From: Veleropilina oligotropha
Taxonomy: Eukaryota
Length of the DNA: 64,000 bases
Assembly: GCA_048128005.1 (NCBI GenBank)
Contig: JBEUKZ010000081.1
Coordinates: forward strand, 62,001-126,000
Reading direction: 5' to 3'
The notes beneath the pieces are model-generated. The model worked only from the letters and a program-made list of their open reading frames with translations, was not told the origin of the DNA and did no database searches. Positions 51,011 to 63,964 of this stretch are shown here, piece after piece. Both the position numbers and the translations under genes were made by a program. Numbering within the stretch: position 1 is the stretch's first letter; every line of letters starts with the position of its first letter.

Positions 51011-53630
51011 GGGAGGACAGGTTTTCGCTCATTTGACATTTAAGATGACCATAACTCTACGAAATCATTCAATGCACGCAAGACAGGAAGAGATCGAGTT
51101 TTATCACATATCTAGGTCATTTTCCCATAGTGCCACACCGTGTATTATTTGTCATAATACACGTGTGTCAACAGCTATATTGAAACGCAATTGAATGAAA
51201 TTCGAACAGCCTAAGGAAATGTGTGTCACTAAAGGTCGAGCGCACTACTTTTTTTACTACGTATTATATATTTACTATAATGTAATAACGTGATTTCCGC
51301 CAATATTTTTAATGTTGACATTATGACGGCGATAGTGGAAACATTTATGGCAACGGCCACTAAACAACAACATGGTAGAGATGATTGGAACTGATTTCGA
51401 GGTAACGAGATTGCAGATGCAACAATCACATTTATGCAGGTACGTAGGTCGTGATAGCAGACGTCAAATGACAGATTCAAACCGGTTGGCGACACAGTCA
51501 TATATATCTCGCGTTATTGTTTTTGGCAGATAGTTTTAAATCTTAATGAAAATCGTTATTCTAATATGTTCATATAGTTTATATCAAGTTATATCTGTTC
51601 ATTTTCAAAGAATATTTGTTAGTTATTAATGTCAATTAATCAACTATTCTCGCACTCTTTTTAGAGGGCATTGTTACTAATTTATGTAATGAGTCAACAC
51701 GATGGCCTTTTGCATTAAACTGTTTACATATCACTACACCGTAATGTCGCCTTCACTCTACTGCTGATTCTTTCGTACCGGTAAGGCAATTTCGTGAGTT
51801 TGTAGTTTGTTTCCTACCAAAGATCGATATGTGATAAATAGAACCTCACACTCGTGATAATGTTAAATCATATTTATGAAACTCGTTTAACTAATTTTCA
51901 TATTTTCCTCGGCAAGCCTCGGAAAATATGAAAATTAGTTAAACTCGTTTCATAAATGTGATATTACATTACCACTCATATGAGATCCTCTATATATGAA
52001 ATATCATTCCTATTCTTGATCCCGTGATAAATTTCTTATCATTTCTGATAAGAAACACCAGGCGAACTTCATTGTCCTCATAGCTGCACTTGTAATCTTC
52101 TTATCATTAGTATTGAACCTGAACCATAGGAAGATTTTCCTGGATAATGACTCTATTAGTACCACAGTCTGAGTCTTAGATATAAACATAATGTTTGCAA
52201 GGACAAAAAGTTTTTGGGCGAGTCTCATTTTGAAATTTAAGATGTCAGCCTCTACTGAATAATCCAATGTTATTATTATTTTTCTTAGCATGTTCATTAA
52301 CCCTGAAAACATGGGTGTAGACACCAAAATCATGTCTCTATGCATCTAAATGAATGAGATATTAACAAATGAAATTTTGCTTGGCGGCCATCTTTTAATA
52401 TGGCTACCAATGGTGAGATCCCCACACCGCATGGAACATATTAAATTATAAAATACATGCCAGTCATCATGTTCACTGAGCTGGAAAACATGGGTTTAGA
52501 CGCCAGAATGATGCCTCTATGAACATCACAATTTGGTTTGCAACCAGCTTGGCAGACATTTTGAATTTTAAGATGACTGCCTTTTCCAAAACACCCAATA
52601 TTAAACAAAGGTATTCTAATCTTGCTTATTGAGCATGAAAACATGAAAACCAGAATCTTGTCCATATGGCTCCCGAGGATCAAGATATTAGCAGGTGAAA
52701 TTTTACTTGGTGCGATTGTTAAAAATGGTCGCCAAAATAGTTTGAGAACACCACGCACCCTGAAACTCATCAAAGACATGTCATACTTAAATATTCAGCA
52801 GGAAACAAACTTATGCTGAGATTTTGGGGTTAGACTAAAAATCAGCTTCTGACTATACTTGACTATTAGCTCTTTGGATGGTGTACGCATTTGGCTGTCA
52901 TTTTGAAAGTTAAGATGACAGCCTCTACCAAATCATTTCGTATTATTATTGTTGATCTCACCATTTTCACTGAGCCTGAAAACATGGGTATAGACGGCAG
53001 AATGATTCATCTATGAATATCACAGTTCGAGATATGAGCAAAAACGTGTTTGATTTGCAACCATTTTGGCAGCCACTTTGAATTTTAAGGTGACTACCTC
53101 CTCTAAAACACCCAATTTTACTAAATAGTATTCTAATCTTGTTAACTGAATATGAAAATATGTGTGTAGGGACCAGAATCTTGTCCATATGGCTCCCGAG
53201 GTTCAAGATAATAGCCGAAGAAATTTTACTTGGCGGCCATCCAAAAAAGTTGCCCATGGGTCTCCACACACCCCTGGAACATATTACATACATGCCATAG
53301 ATGGATAATCAGCAACAAAAAAACTTATACCGAGATTTTTGGGTTTGGCCCCCGACTGCCAGACTATAACTGAAAAGAAAGGGAAAATGTCATATGTGCC
53401 AGAAACGCAGCTGCCAGCACCGATAACTGATAAGATAGGGTGCTGATGGTGCCAATCCATGAAAATAGAGAGAAAACGTCAATGTTACAGGTGATTGTGC
53501 CAAGCCCTGAAAATAGAGGAAATTTAAAACGTCACAGACTACAGAAGCAACTAGCTAATCCCTGAAAATAGAAGGAAGATGTCACAGGTGCCAGAAAGGA
53601 CCATCTAATGATGCCAATCTCTGAACATAG

Positions 53631-53891
53631 GGAGGGAGGAATGATGCTTAATGTCCTGTATATTTACAACATCGAGGTTCAAGGCAGGACATGTCCGTGT
53701 TATTGCGGGAGGAAACCCCGGTCATCTGGGTAAACCCGACCTCTTCGGCCAGTCACGGACAACTGTGATTCATAACTTGAACAAATTTCAATGCCTCAGC
53801 CAGGTATTGAACCCACTACTGTTCGCATTAGCGGAATCAAGCCAGTGAAGTTAGAGTGGACACTCTAACCACTGCGCTGCAGAAGCGGCCC
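53631..53891 (-). mobile_element. tRNA-derived SINE, copy 4
   Basis: Full length; TSD CTCTGAACATAG. Confidence 0.88.
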
Positions 53892-54021
53892 CTCTGAACA
53901 TAGAGGAAAAATATCACACATGTCAGAAATCTAATGTAAAATGATATATATGAAATTATTTTTCTAGTAATTCTAAAGAGAAATCAGTCATAATGTTGAT
54001 TATACACGTGTATGATCAACA

Positions 54022-54345
54022 TTGCGTCGCAACGACAAAGCAATGATCCGCTGGACCTGCAATGCCAAGCCAAACCAGGAAATCAGCACCGTCCAGTTTT
54101 TAGACATCCTTAACATCCCAAGTCTAGATAACATTCTACGTGCTTCCCGCATCAGATGGTTTGGTCATGTGGAGAGGAGCTCTGGCTGGATTAACAAGTG
54201 CAGAAACATTGCTGTATCCTCTACGAAGAAACAATCAAAAATGACCGTGAGGCATGGGGGATGACTGACAATGATCCCCATGATCGTGTTGCCTGGAGAA
54301 GAGAGCTGCGTGCTGCCAAGAACCGTCCAACTCCACGTGTGGAAA
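54022..54345 (+). mobile_element. 3' fragment of an RTE LINE
   Basis: RRNDKAMIRW...LRASRIRWFGHVER motif, then DRVAWRR. Confidence 0.7.
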
Positions 54346-54611
54346 ACGAGACAGTGAGTATGATAATATAAATATATGCTGTGTGCAATGCAGATGGACT
54401 GCGGTATTATGCGAAAGTCATGCTATACACCCACCCGAGACAATATGAAAGAAGTGAGTCTTGTTTACACTGAAGAAAGATGGGACAAAGACAGAAACGT
54501 AGCTAGTAGGTGAGTAGATGTAAATAAAATAAGAAGATGTAGTCATTGATATCCCGGCATGGACGAACAGACGGAACTTGTTTCTTTATACAATCCTACA
54601 AACTTTGTTGT

Positions 54612-54906
54612 TGCAGGGGATAACAAGATATCCTGAGGTCTACCTCCGACTAGCAGGGGATAACAAGATATCCTGAGGTCTACCTCCGACTAAATCCAGG
54701 GGATAACAAGATATCCTGAGGTCGATCTCCGACTAGCAGGGGATAACAAGATATCCTGAGGTCTACCTCAGACTAAACCCAGGGATAACAAGATATCCTG
54801 AGGTCGACCTCAGACTAGCAGGGGATAACATGATATCCTGAGGTCGACCTCCGACTAAACCCAGGGGATAACAAGATATCCTGAGGTCGACCTCCGATTA
54901 AACCCG
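54612..54906. repeat. ~40-bp minisatellite, ~7 copies
   Basis: Unit GGGGATAACAAGATATCCTGAGGTC(G/T)ACCTCCGACTA(GCA/AACCCA). Confidence 0.9.
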
Positions 54907-55304
54907 CATGATCTGTTTGATTGTTGCAGACTTCCAATCTCGGTATGAAATCAAAGTGTGGTTGAAGACATCTTTTCATCATAATCAATTGGGAATTACT
55001 TTAATTTTGATATTGTGACTGAAATTTATTGGACCACACCATCTTCAAGTTATATTTTGCCCATTCCAGCAGTTAAATATACCCACAATGCCAAGGGACA
55101 GTTCCTACAAATATAATCTCATTTGATTAAATTTAGAAATAATACCTCAAAATACAACCTGAAGTATGCAATGGCGAATCTACAATGTAGGTGAAAACAA
55201 CTTCATATTTGTAGTGAAATTGTCGCATACACTTGAAAATATCAAGCACAACAAAACAAAACAAATTGCACAATTTCTCCAATTTGGTGTACTGGTACAC
55301 TCAC

Positions 55305-55425
55305 CTATTTTCTGATAAAGTTCTGGCATCTGAATTTCAACTTTTTCGCGTTGAAATAAATGATATTCTGCTTGCTCAGCTATTGGAGGAATCAGATTAA
55401 ACTGACGTGCGACAGAATATGCTTC
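55305..55425 (-). CDS. KCNAB: Kv channel beta subunit exon
   Basis: TTTCAG / GTGAGT flanks; [40 protein letters not shown]; phases 0/1. Confidence 0.95.
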
Positions 55426-55749
55426 CTGAAAACAAGGATAAAAGTAAAATATGAAATTTAATCACATAAGTATATGCGTTACCTTATATAGCAGGTAGCA
55501 TATTGAATATATTTGAAATTGATTTGACCTGCATTGTGTATATTTGTATGTCATGATAAAGACTACGCAACTGCTGCAGAATTAAAAGCTGGACAACAAT
55601 GAAGCAATAAATGCCATTAACATAAGGGAGATAACTCTCGTCGCCTTACTTGTGCTCTGTTTGCCAAGTAATTTGATTTTAAGACATAATTGTAGTCTCT
55701 ATAGAAGAACATTACTTATTTAGCCTATATTTGTGACAACAAGACGTAC

Positions 55750-55835
55750 CATTATTTCCATGGCATTCCACCGGGATGTGCCCCAGTACATGCTAAGGCC
55801 TTGGTTAATGGTAAATGTGAAGGCACGGACAATTT
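55750..55835 (-). CDS. KCNAB: Kv channel beta subunit exon
   Basis: TTTTAG / GTACGT flanks; (E)[28 protein letters not shown]; phases 1/0. Confidence 0.95.
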
Positions 55836-56148
55836 CTAAAACACAAACACTTTCATGATATTAAGTCAGGTATGGAAATTCATTGTCAAGTTATAATGTT
55901 GAAGTTCAGTTAGTGTGTCATATCGATATACTTTCATGAATTTAAAATGCTTGTAGCTGCAAACATGACCAACATTAAATAAACAGACATTGATTTAATA
56001 TTAATAACATAATGTGTCTTTTATTATAATTTCTATTTATGCATCTGTCAATATAAATTTATATCGTAAATTGCAATTTTATAATCGTAAAGACAGTGAT
56101 GGATTATCAAATCGCTAAAGAGTTTGTAATTATCTGATATTAAGAATA

Positions 56149-59100
56149 TGAGGTTTTTAAGTAAACCTAATATTAGTATAAAACATACTTACGTCCTTAC
56201 TCTTGCCATAATAGTCATATTATCGCCAACCGGAAACAGTGAATAATGTCACATTTATGCACTATTAAGTCAAAAACACTACGATTACCTCCCCTGCTCC
56301 CCCTCTCTAAGTTCCCCCGGCGAGATCTCGCCAAGTCTCGCGAGATATCCGAGCTCGAGATCACAAGACCTCAATTCAAAGTTCAGAACCCCAAAGGAAC
56401 TTAGTAAGAGGGGAGGAATGCGAAAGCGCAGGGTGGGTAATCGTAGTAAGGACGTAAGTATGTTTTATACTAATATTAGGTTTACTTAAAAACCTCATAT
56501 GTAGTTACAAACATACTTACGTCCTTACTCTTGCCAGAATGACCTTGGATAGGTGGGTAAGAAGTTCCTTACAACAATCCCAAACAAGATTATGACTTAC
56601 TTTTCACCATATCAATCAGCCTGAAGCGCCGATTGTGTCCGCTCAGAGTAGAATCTGCTGAGTATTATATTCTACTCTTACCAGGCGAGAATTTCGACCA
56701 GTGATACTGGGAGATACGCCGTGGTGTTAGCCGGACAAGGTGAACGGAAGTGCAATAAGTTCCAGGCACGGCCGGAAGGAAGATCCTTGTAGGCCTTACG
56801 TGTCATGGACTAGTGGCAGCCAACTGGTACTCCGGGCCATAGGCCGGTAGCCAGAGGAAGCAGTCGGATTTGTAGTCACACGGAACCTAATAGGTTGTGA
56901 AGACATCAAATCTTAAGCAAAGAATTAATAGATTATAATAAATAATCGATATTAATAAGTAATTCGCATGACCAACTTGCGAAAAGCTAACATGAGTACA
57001 TGTTACTTAAAATAAATTTTAAGGAAGCAAATATTAAAAAAATTTCAATGTCTTGAACATCGTATGTTCTATAACAGCATAGAACATCAATAATATTGAA
57101 CCTCAAAATCCTATAAGATTTTTTGCAATATAAATGTTTATTAAATTCAATGTGAACTGGCGTGTCAAAATACTCAGGTATGACATGAAAGTATCAAGAT
57201 CTTAATGTTTTTAAGAAATGAACATACATTGAATTGCCTCATAATGTGTCTATTTCATAGAACATCTAGGCATAAAAATAACATTGCTTCAGCACGAAGT
57301 ATTAAATTGATAAATCAAGAAACAATACTCACTGATTAGACGACCTTTGTCTAATAATACATCGTTGAGCAGTTAGACTGCTCAACCCATCAGCCCCATG
57401 GAGTAATCCCGCAGGAAATGCTTAACAAAGACATTTCTAGAAGCAACGCTGAGATGTTTAGCTGCGAATGCACGGACCTCGTGCGCGCGGAGCGATACAA
57501 ATAGTGCGGCCTACTTTTCACAGCGAGAGTAGTCTCTCACTACTTGTGAAAACCACCGCGAAACAGTCGTCTTCGTAATGTCGCGGGTATAAGAAGGTAA
57601 ATACGAATAAAATAGACGTAGTTTTCCCTGCCGCATATCACGGGTCCTGTCGAGGTAGTAACGTAAGGCACGCATATGACAGTGTAGTCGGTCCACATCG
57701 TGTCTTCTGACCAGCGTAAGCTTGGGGATAACGATATCGGGGGCGTCTTCGTTCGGCCGTTGATTCTTGGCGAGGAAACCCAAGATAGGACGCCGCATCA
57801 CCGACCCGTCTGACTGGAAACGAACGTCTCGTAGCTCTGCGGATAGACTATGAATTTCGGAACAACGCCTGCCCGACGCTAAGGCGATCAGAAAAATCCG
57901 TTTTGTGCGTTAAGTTCCTCATAGAGGCCGCGCCCATAGGCTCGTACGGGTAGAAGGAGAGCGTTAAGAATGAGAACGATGTTTCAGGCTGGCGGCCGTA
58001 TCGTACGGGTCGGAATTTCGAGTTCGAAGGATCGTATAAAATCCAAAATCGTTCGGTCGCAAGATAGGCGAACACGGGCACGGCACTCGCGACCGTTGCC
58101 CGATAGCCTTTGACGGCGGACACTGACATTCCGCGTTCAAAGAGCGACGATAAAAACTCGATAACTTGTTCACAGGGGGGCAGAGTATATTGACCTGCCG
58201 GCTGTGACACCTATCCACGTATTTGACCCATCGATAGTCGTATACTTTAGACGTGGAAAGCCTTCTCGATCGGTAGATGCGTAGGGCTGTAGCGCGAGAA
58301 AATCCTTTCTTAGCGAGGGATCGTTCGATAACCGCCCGGCGTGTAAACGTAAGTCGTCGGCGACGGGTGTAATACACGACTGCGCGTCTGCATTAACAGG
58401 TCCGGTCACTGCGGGAGCGCTAACGGTCGATCGACGACCAGATCGAGGAGGGTCGGAAACCAAGGTTGCGTGCGATATCAGGGGCGCGATTAGCGTTATC
58501 TCGCAACGTTCGTTCGATGCCTTCTGTAGTACGAGTGTCAGGATGTACGACGGGGGGAAGGCATACACGGACAGATTCTCCCATGTCATTGACAACGCGT
58601 TGACCGCTAGGGCGGCCGGGTCCGGGTACGGGGAGACATACAGAGGTAGTCGGTAATTGAATTCTGTTGCAAACAGATCGACTTGGGGTTGTGACCACCG
58701 GCGACAAACGTCCCGAGCTACTCGGCTGTGTAGCGTCTACTCTGTGTGTATAATCTGTGATTTCCGAGAGAGCGAGTCCGCTCTGACATTCAGCTTTCCC
58801 GGGATGTGTCGCTCGTATCGTCGAGTTGAGGGACATCACTAGGCGGTGTAGGTCGATTGCTCGGTCGCAAAGGGGACGCGAGCGAGTGCCGCCCTGGTGC
58901 TGAATGTAAGCGACGACAGTCGTGTTGTCCGTGGCGAGCATTATGTGCTTGTTGCGGAGGTGTGACGAGAGGGACCGTACTGTCAGGTAGACCGCTTCTA
59001 ACTCTATGAAGTTGATGTGTCGTCCCTGAAGGTCCGTCGGCCATAGGCCCGATGTCTCGTAACTGTCGAGGTGACCACCCCAGCCGGCGTTCGAAGCGTC

Positions 59101-62100
59101 TGTGAACAGGTAAGCGTTCGGCTCTGGCGGGGATATAGGAACCGACTGGCTCGGCAAAGCAGGGTTCAACCACACTGCTGTCGTGCTGGTAAACCAATGC
59201 CGAAGATCGATACGATCCGTCCACTGCCCCGTCCATTGTATCCAGCGATCTCTGAACGCCTGTTGTAACGGTCGTTTTCATTCGACCCGTCGGTAGCAGG
59301 GTCGCTACCGACTCGATGTGCCCCAGGACAGTGGCCAGTTGTCGCGCCGTAGTTATCTCCGATGACAGGGTGTCTTGAATAACCGCGCGTAGGTTCCGTA
59401 TACGTTTCTGGGTCGGTTTCGTGGTGTACCGAACCGTATCGAAGTCGACTCCGAGAAACGTAAACGTCTTGGAGGGTACGAAGCAGGATTTTGTCTCGTT
59501 GATCTGAAATCCCAGGCGCTTCGCCGATGACAGGGTAAGCTCGTAGACCGGAGGCACAGATCCCGGGACGCCCCGAGGATCAGCCAGTCGTCGAGGTACA
59601 TATGTACCCTGTGCCCTAGAGAGTGTAGGAAGGCTCCGAGGGCCTGTACTGCTCTCGTACAGACGTACGGGGCTGACGATAGACCGAACGGTAGACACCT
59701 GAATTGGTAGATCGTCTCCCCGTGTATAAACCGAAGGTACTGATGAGCCGTGATATGCATCGGAACATGCAGATACGCGTCGGTCAGATCGGTAGACGCT
59801 GCCCAGTCGCCCGGACGGATGGCCGCTCGTATCTTCGAGAGGGTTTCTTGCTGGAATTTCTCGGTGCGAAGATATCGGTTGAGATACGAGAGATCGAGGA
59901 TCGGTCGCCCGCGGCCATCGGGTTTCGGGACCAGGAAGAAATGGCTGTAAATCCTGGTGTGCTGGGCGGCGCGGGATATATCGCTCCTTTGAGGAGTAAG
60001 TCCCGCACTGCCTGGTCTAAGACCGCTTGCTTCTCTCCGTGAAGGAGGCGAGCGTGTCTTGGTGGTGGTGCCTCGGTTAGGGTCGGATGCCGGTTAAATG
60101 CCAACTTTTATCCGGCACTCACGACTGAGGGACCCAGCTACTGTCTGTTAGTTCTAGCCACGGCTGGCTGTACGCTAACAGATACGCTCCCACCGGCGGA
60201 AGCGGGCAGCTGGGACTATCGTGTGTGCCGGCAGCCCTAGGGCCGAGGCTTCCCTCTCCCGCTCTGACGGGATTTTGTTGGAGGTGCTTGCCTCTTCTGA
60301 GTGGGTTTATTGGCCGGGGGCCTACCACCAGAAGAGGGCCTTGCATGCTTGGAAGGCTTCGGGGTCCGGGTGGGCCCTGAACGCTTCCTCGAGTCGGCGG
60401 GTGGACCCCCGGGGGGGTGCAGCACCGCCTTCTCGATGGCACGGTCCGTCAGGTCCACCGCTCACTTGTCGACGAATTCCGAGAAATTGTCGCCAAATAG
60501 AGTGGTGGCCGAGCAAGGCACGCATCGCAATGAGCGCCGGGTGGCCTCATCTAGCGAGGTGCCTTCCAGGTAAGCGTCCCTACGAAGTAGGAGTGCGTTA
60601 CCCAGGACACGTCCCATCTCCAACGCGCTGGTCTCCATAATGGCAGCAACCTCCTGGAGGAAGGACAGGGCTGCCCACGGGCGCCGGGTCCTTCCTCCTG
60701 TAATACGGCTATCGCCCCGTCTAGGAAAAATCCTGAACGGACGACAGCCGCAGAGCCCATCGGGCGGAGCTCTCGAAAGCTTCCAAGGCGGACCAAGGAA
60801 CTTTCGCTACAGAGGGAGTGTGACTGGCGGTCAGTCGACGCATCGCTGCGTCAACACGAGCCGCTCAGTCGCCAGGCATGGACCAGTACATGCGAACGGG
60901 ATCGAACGCGAACTGGCCCGGAGGTACCTCCCACTACGGAACCCCGAAGGGAACTCCGTCAATGGGGAGGACTCCACCGGATTGCGTCCCTGAATGAGCT
61001 TGGTTGTCGAGTCGACCACCAGATCAACCAGCCCAGACTGAGGTAAAGAAGGAAGCAAGGGGGCTGCCTTCTCAACAAACCGATGTGCCGCCGTCCTGTG
61101 CTCGACCGGGCCTACATCCGACCGAGTCGGTTCCGGCAGGTCAAGCACCCCGCGAAGTGACGCAACGGCGTCGAGCCTTCGGCGGGTGGTGGAGGTCGGC
61201 TCCTGCGTGCCTGGAAGACTACCAGCGTCTTCGGGCCCGACCGATTCAGGGAGGTCGGAGTGAGTGGAGTCGAGGTCCTCGTCGGAACGAGGGTCGATCT
61301 CCATCACGGAGGCAGGAGCCGTGCTCTGCGCCACGGGCAGAGGTGTAGGGACCTGGAGCGGCTGGGAAGCCGGTTGCCAGGCCCTACATCAGGACTCGAA
61401 CTCCGCCGCGAACATAGCCTGGAAGTTCTCGTACGAGAAACCCGGAGGCATGACGGGCGTCGAACTAACAGCCGGTAGTTCGGTCGAAGACACAGTGGCG
61501 CTAGGTTGACGGGGTGCACGGACAGGTGGAACCGAGAACCAGGGTCTCGGGTCACCCGTCGAGCGGTCGTACCCGAAGGAATGGCCCGAAGGCGCATTCA
61601 GTGGGACGGGCGACCTGTCGGACTGCGGCCACAGTCCGTACTGGTCTACCACTCTGTTCGAGCGAGGCACGGTCGGGTCACCGTAATACCTCTGTCCGAA
61701 CGCAGCCGGTCTGTCCGCGTTATCTAGCGTGACCACGGAGGGTTAGTCGCGTCGGTCTCGGACGAGGTTTCAGGCGTCGCCAATTGTCCGGATCTTAGAC
61801 CATCGTAATGGTGTCCGGCCTCTATATTGGCTTTCTCATTGGGTTGCTCACCGTCATTACACGGAGAGTTTCCCGCAGAAGGACTAACGTTCCCCGTATT
61901 CTTCGAGGCCGAAGAATAGGATGGGGAATGTCTGCCCTGTTCAGCGGTTCGCTGCGCTGCCAGATATACCTTGCTAGCCGGCAAGGTATGGTTGGCTGCA
62001 GTTACTAGGCCCATTTGAGGAGGATCGGACAGCACTCGGGCTCCTACCTGAATCTGGTGTCCCGGCAAGGTTTCGGCGACTCCCCAAGAGTCGCGGAGGT

Positions 62101-63356
62101 TTCGTCGGTAGATCCGGCGACAGACGGTACCCGACTGTCGTCCAGCGACCCTGAAGTAGACCAAAAAAAAAACGTTAATTCCCTTTAACCTACCATTTTG
62201 TCCATTCTCCGGGGGAGAACCCACCGTGGTAACCGCCCTGGTCGGCTTCACCGGTGGAAATAACATCGCACACTGCCACTTTGTTAAACCTAGGCACAGT
62301 TCACATTTATAAGACTTACGGTGAACACGGCATTCCGTGTGCCTATCAAATCCGTGAATCTTCTGGTTACACCCGGAGTTGCTGCACCGGACCATAGCTG
62401 AATACACGGGAGGGTAGTAGTGGGTGGAACGGGGTAGTTAAAAGTATATGTTTGGTAGTTGTGACTTTACTACTACAACCTTTAAGATTGTACATAATCT
62501 GAAGATCGGAGATTATGCGATATACCGCAAAATAACCCCGAGCTGGGAACACCGAGGTCGGGTTATAAAACCCGACAATAGACTAAAACAGGGGGGCTTT
62601 TTCTTAGAAAAAACCGCCCGATAAAACACCTGAAAACCTCGTGGATGTTTTTTAAAATTAGTACGTTGGCGTATTATCCCACAGTCCCAGTAACGGCAGG
62701 ATATCAGAATAACTAATAGTTGATATCTAAACAATCCTGCCTTTTAACGACGTTAATTATTTTATACAATAATTACCAGCAATAAACGTCATTAAGGAAT
62801 TATCCAATATAATGAGTTATTCCTTTTGAGAAGTCTCAAATAATATCAGATATATATACCGACCAGAAATTTCCTTATGCTAACGAAACTTCCCCTCTGA
62901 GCGGCGCATGCTTTTCTCGGCGGCAATGGCGGCGATGTCGGTTTCACATATCTTTCACAACTTTCTTTCTTCGAAGTTTTAGATATGAATCTTCTCTAAT
63001 TCACTGATGTTTGTTTATATCATCCACAGGGTAATATCCAGTGCTTATACTTAGATTGATGTAAGCAGATTTAACGTATAAATCGCTACACAGATTACGA
63101 ATTTTGCGGAGCAAACAAAAACACGTTTTTCCGTCATCGGAAAACTTTGAATTGAGGTCTTGTGATCTCGAGCTCGGATATCTCGCGAGACTTGGCGAGA
63201 TCTCGCCGGGGGAACTTAGAGACGGGGAGCAGGGGAGGTAATCGTAGTGTTTTTGACTTAATAGTGCATAAATGTGACATTATTCACTGTTTCCGGTTGG
63301 CGATAATATGACTATTATGGCAAGAGTAAGGACGTAAGTATGTTTGTAACTACATA
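56149..63356 (-). mobile_element. DIRS1-type retrotransposon, copy 2 (full length, defective), intronic in KCNAB
   Basis: ITRs ~56181-56383 / 63143-63345, ICR 56445-56536, and gag, RT/RH/MT and YR fragments with many frameshifts. ATA flanks both ends. Confidence 0.95.
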
Positions 63357-63399
63357 TATTCAGTGTAAATAAGTTGCCAATGTCATATGACAATAGTAC

Positions 63400-63486
63400 C
63401 TTCCATTGGCGTGTATATATCCGGTTTGTTGGCGAAGACGATGTCCACATATTCTAACTGAAGCCGCTCTAATGAACCGCGAAGGC
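63400..63486 (-). CDS. KCNAB: Kv channel beta subunit exon
   Basis: TTATAG / GTACTA flanks; (G)[28 protein letters not shown]; phases 1/1. Confidence 0.95.
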
Positions 63487-63649
63487 CTATAAAATCAAAG
63501 TAAAATATTACAATAAAATGATATTTTTTTCCAAAACAGAGAAGTTACTAATGTCACAACATTTTGGCATATTCCTTACTTTATCATATTGCGTCTGAAG
63601 TATAGTATATAACCTTGACTGACCTATGGCCAGCGCAGTGACTGAAATT

Positions 63650-63900
63650 ATCGGCTTTCTCGTGATCTTTCTAACATGGATCGAGTCTCTGATGCAGCAT
63701 GTTCTGATGCAGATTTTTTTGTCATCGATTGGATGGTTTTCCTCCAGATTTACTCACGGTAAACATTCAGTGTTTGATGTGATCAGTGCTTGCTGATTTA
63801 TTGTGGGATGGAAGATTTATGAGTGGATCCCGTGCTGTTGCTTGCTGTTTTTTCCTCACATATTTTGGTGTTCTTTTAGATTGCCCAACTTTATATCAGT
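63650..63900 (-). mobile_element. Possible Penelope-like GIY-YIG endonuclease remnant
   Basis: Minus-strand fragments HNKSASTDHI and ENHPID resemble the PLE C-terminal 'SA..DH...NH.IDW' motif; very decayed. Confidence 0.3.
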
Positions 63901-63964
63901 TTCTACATTTAAAATATTCTCAAAGCTCCTATCTGCTCAAGACTATCTTATCATTCAGACCCAC

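Larger units (their letters stand above)
45393..53367. mobile_element. ~8-kb foldback-like composite with >1-kb inverted modular arms and nested RTE, HINE and SINE
   Basis: Termini ATAGTCTAGCAGTC / GACTGCCAGACTAT. The left arm (~45393-46750) is an inverted match to the right arm (~52190-53367), each with about two ~550-bp units. The flanking minisatellite resumes on both sides. Confidence 0.7.

Noticed and set aside
56590..56625. Hammerhead ribozyme in the DIRS 3' region (CTGATTGA...GAAA on minus strand)
   Set aside because: The core does not fit CUGANGA and the flanking stems do not form.
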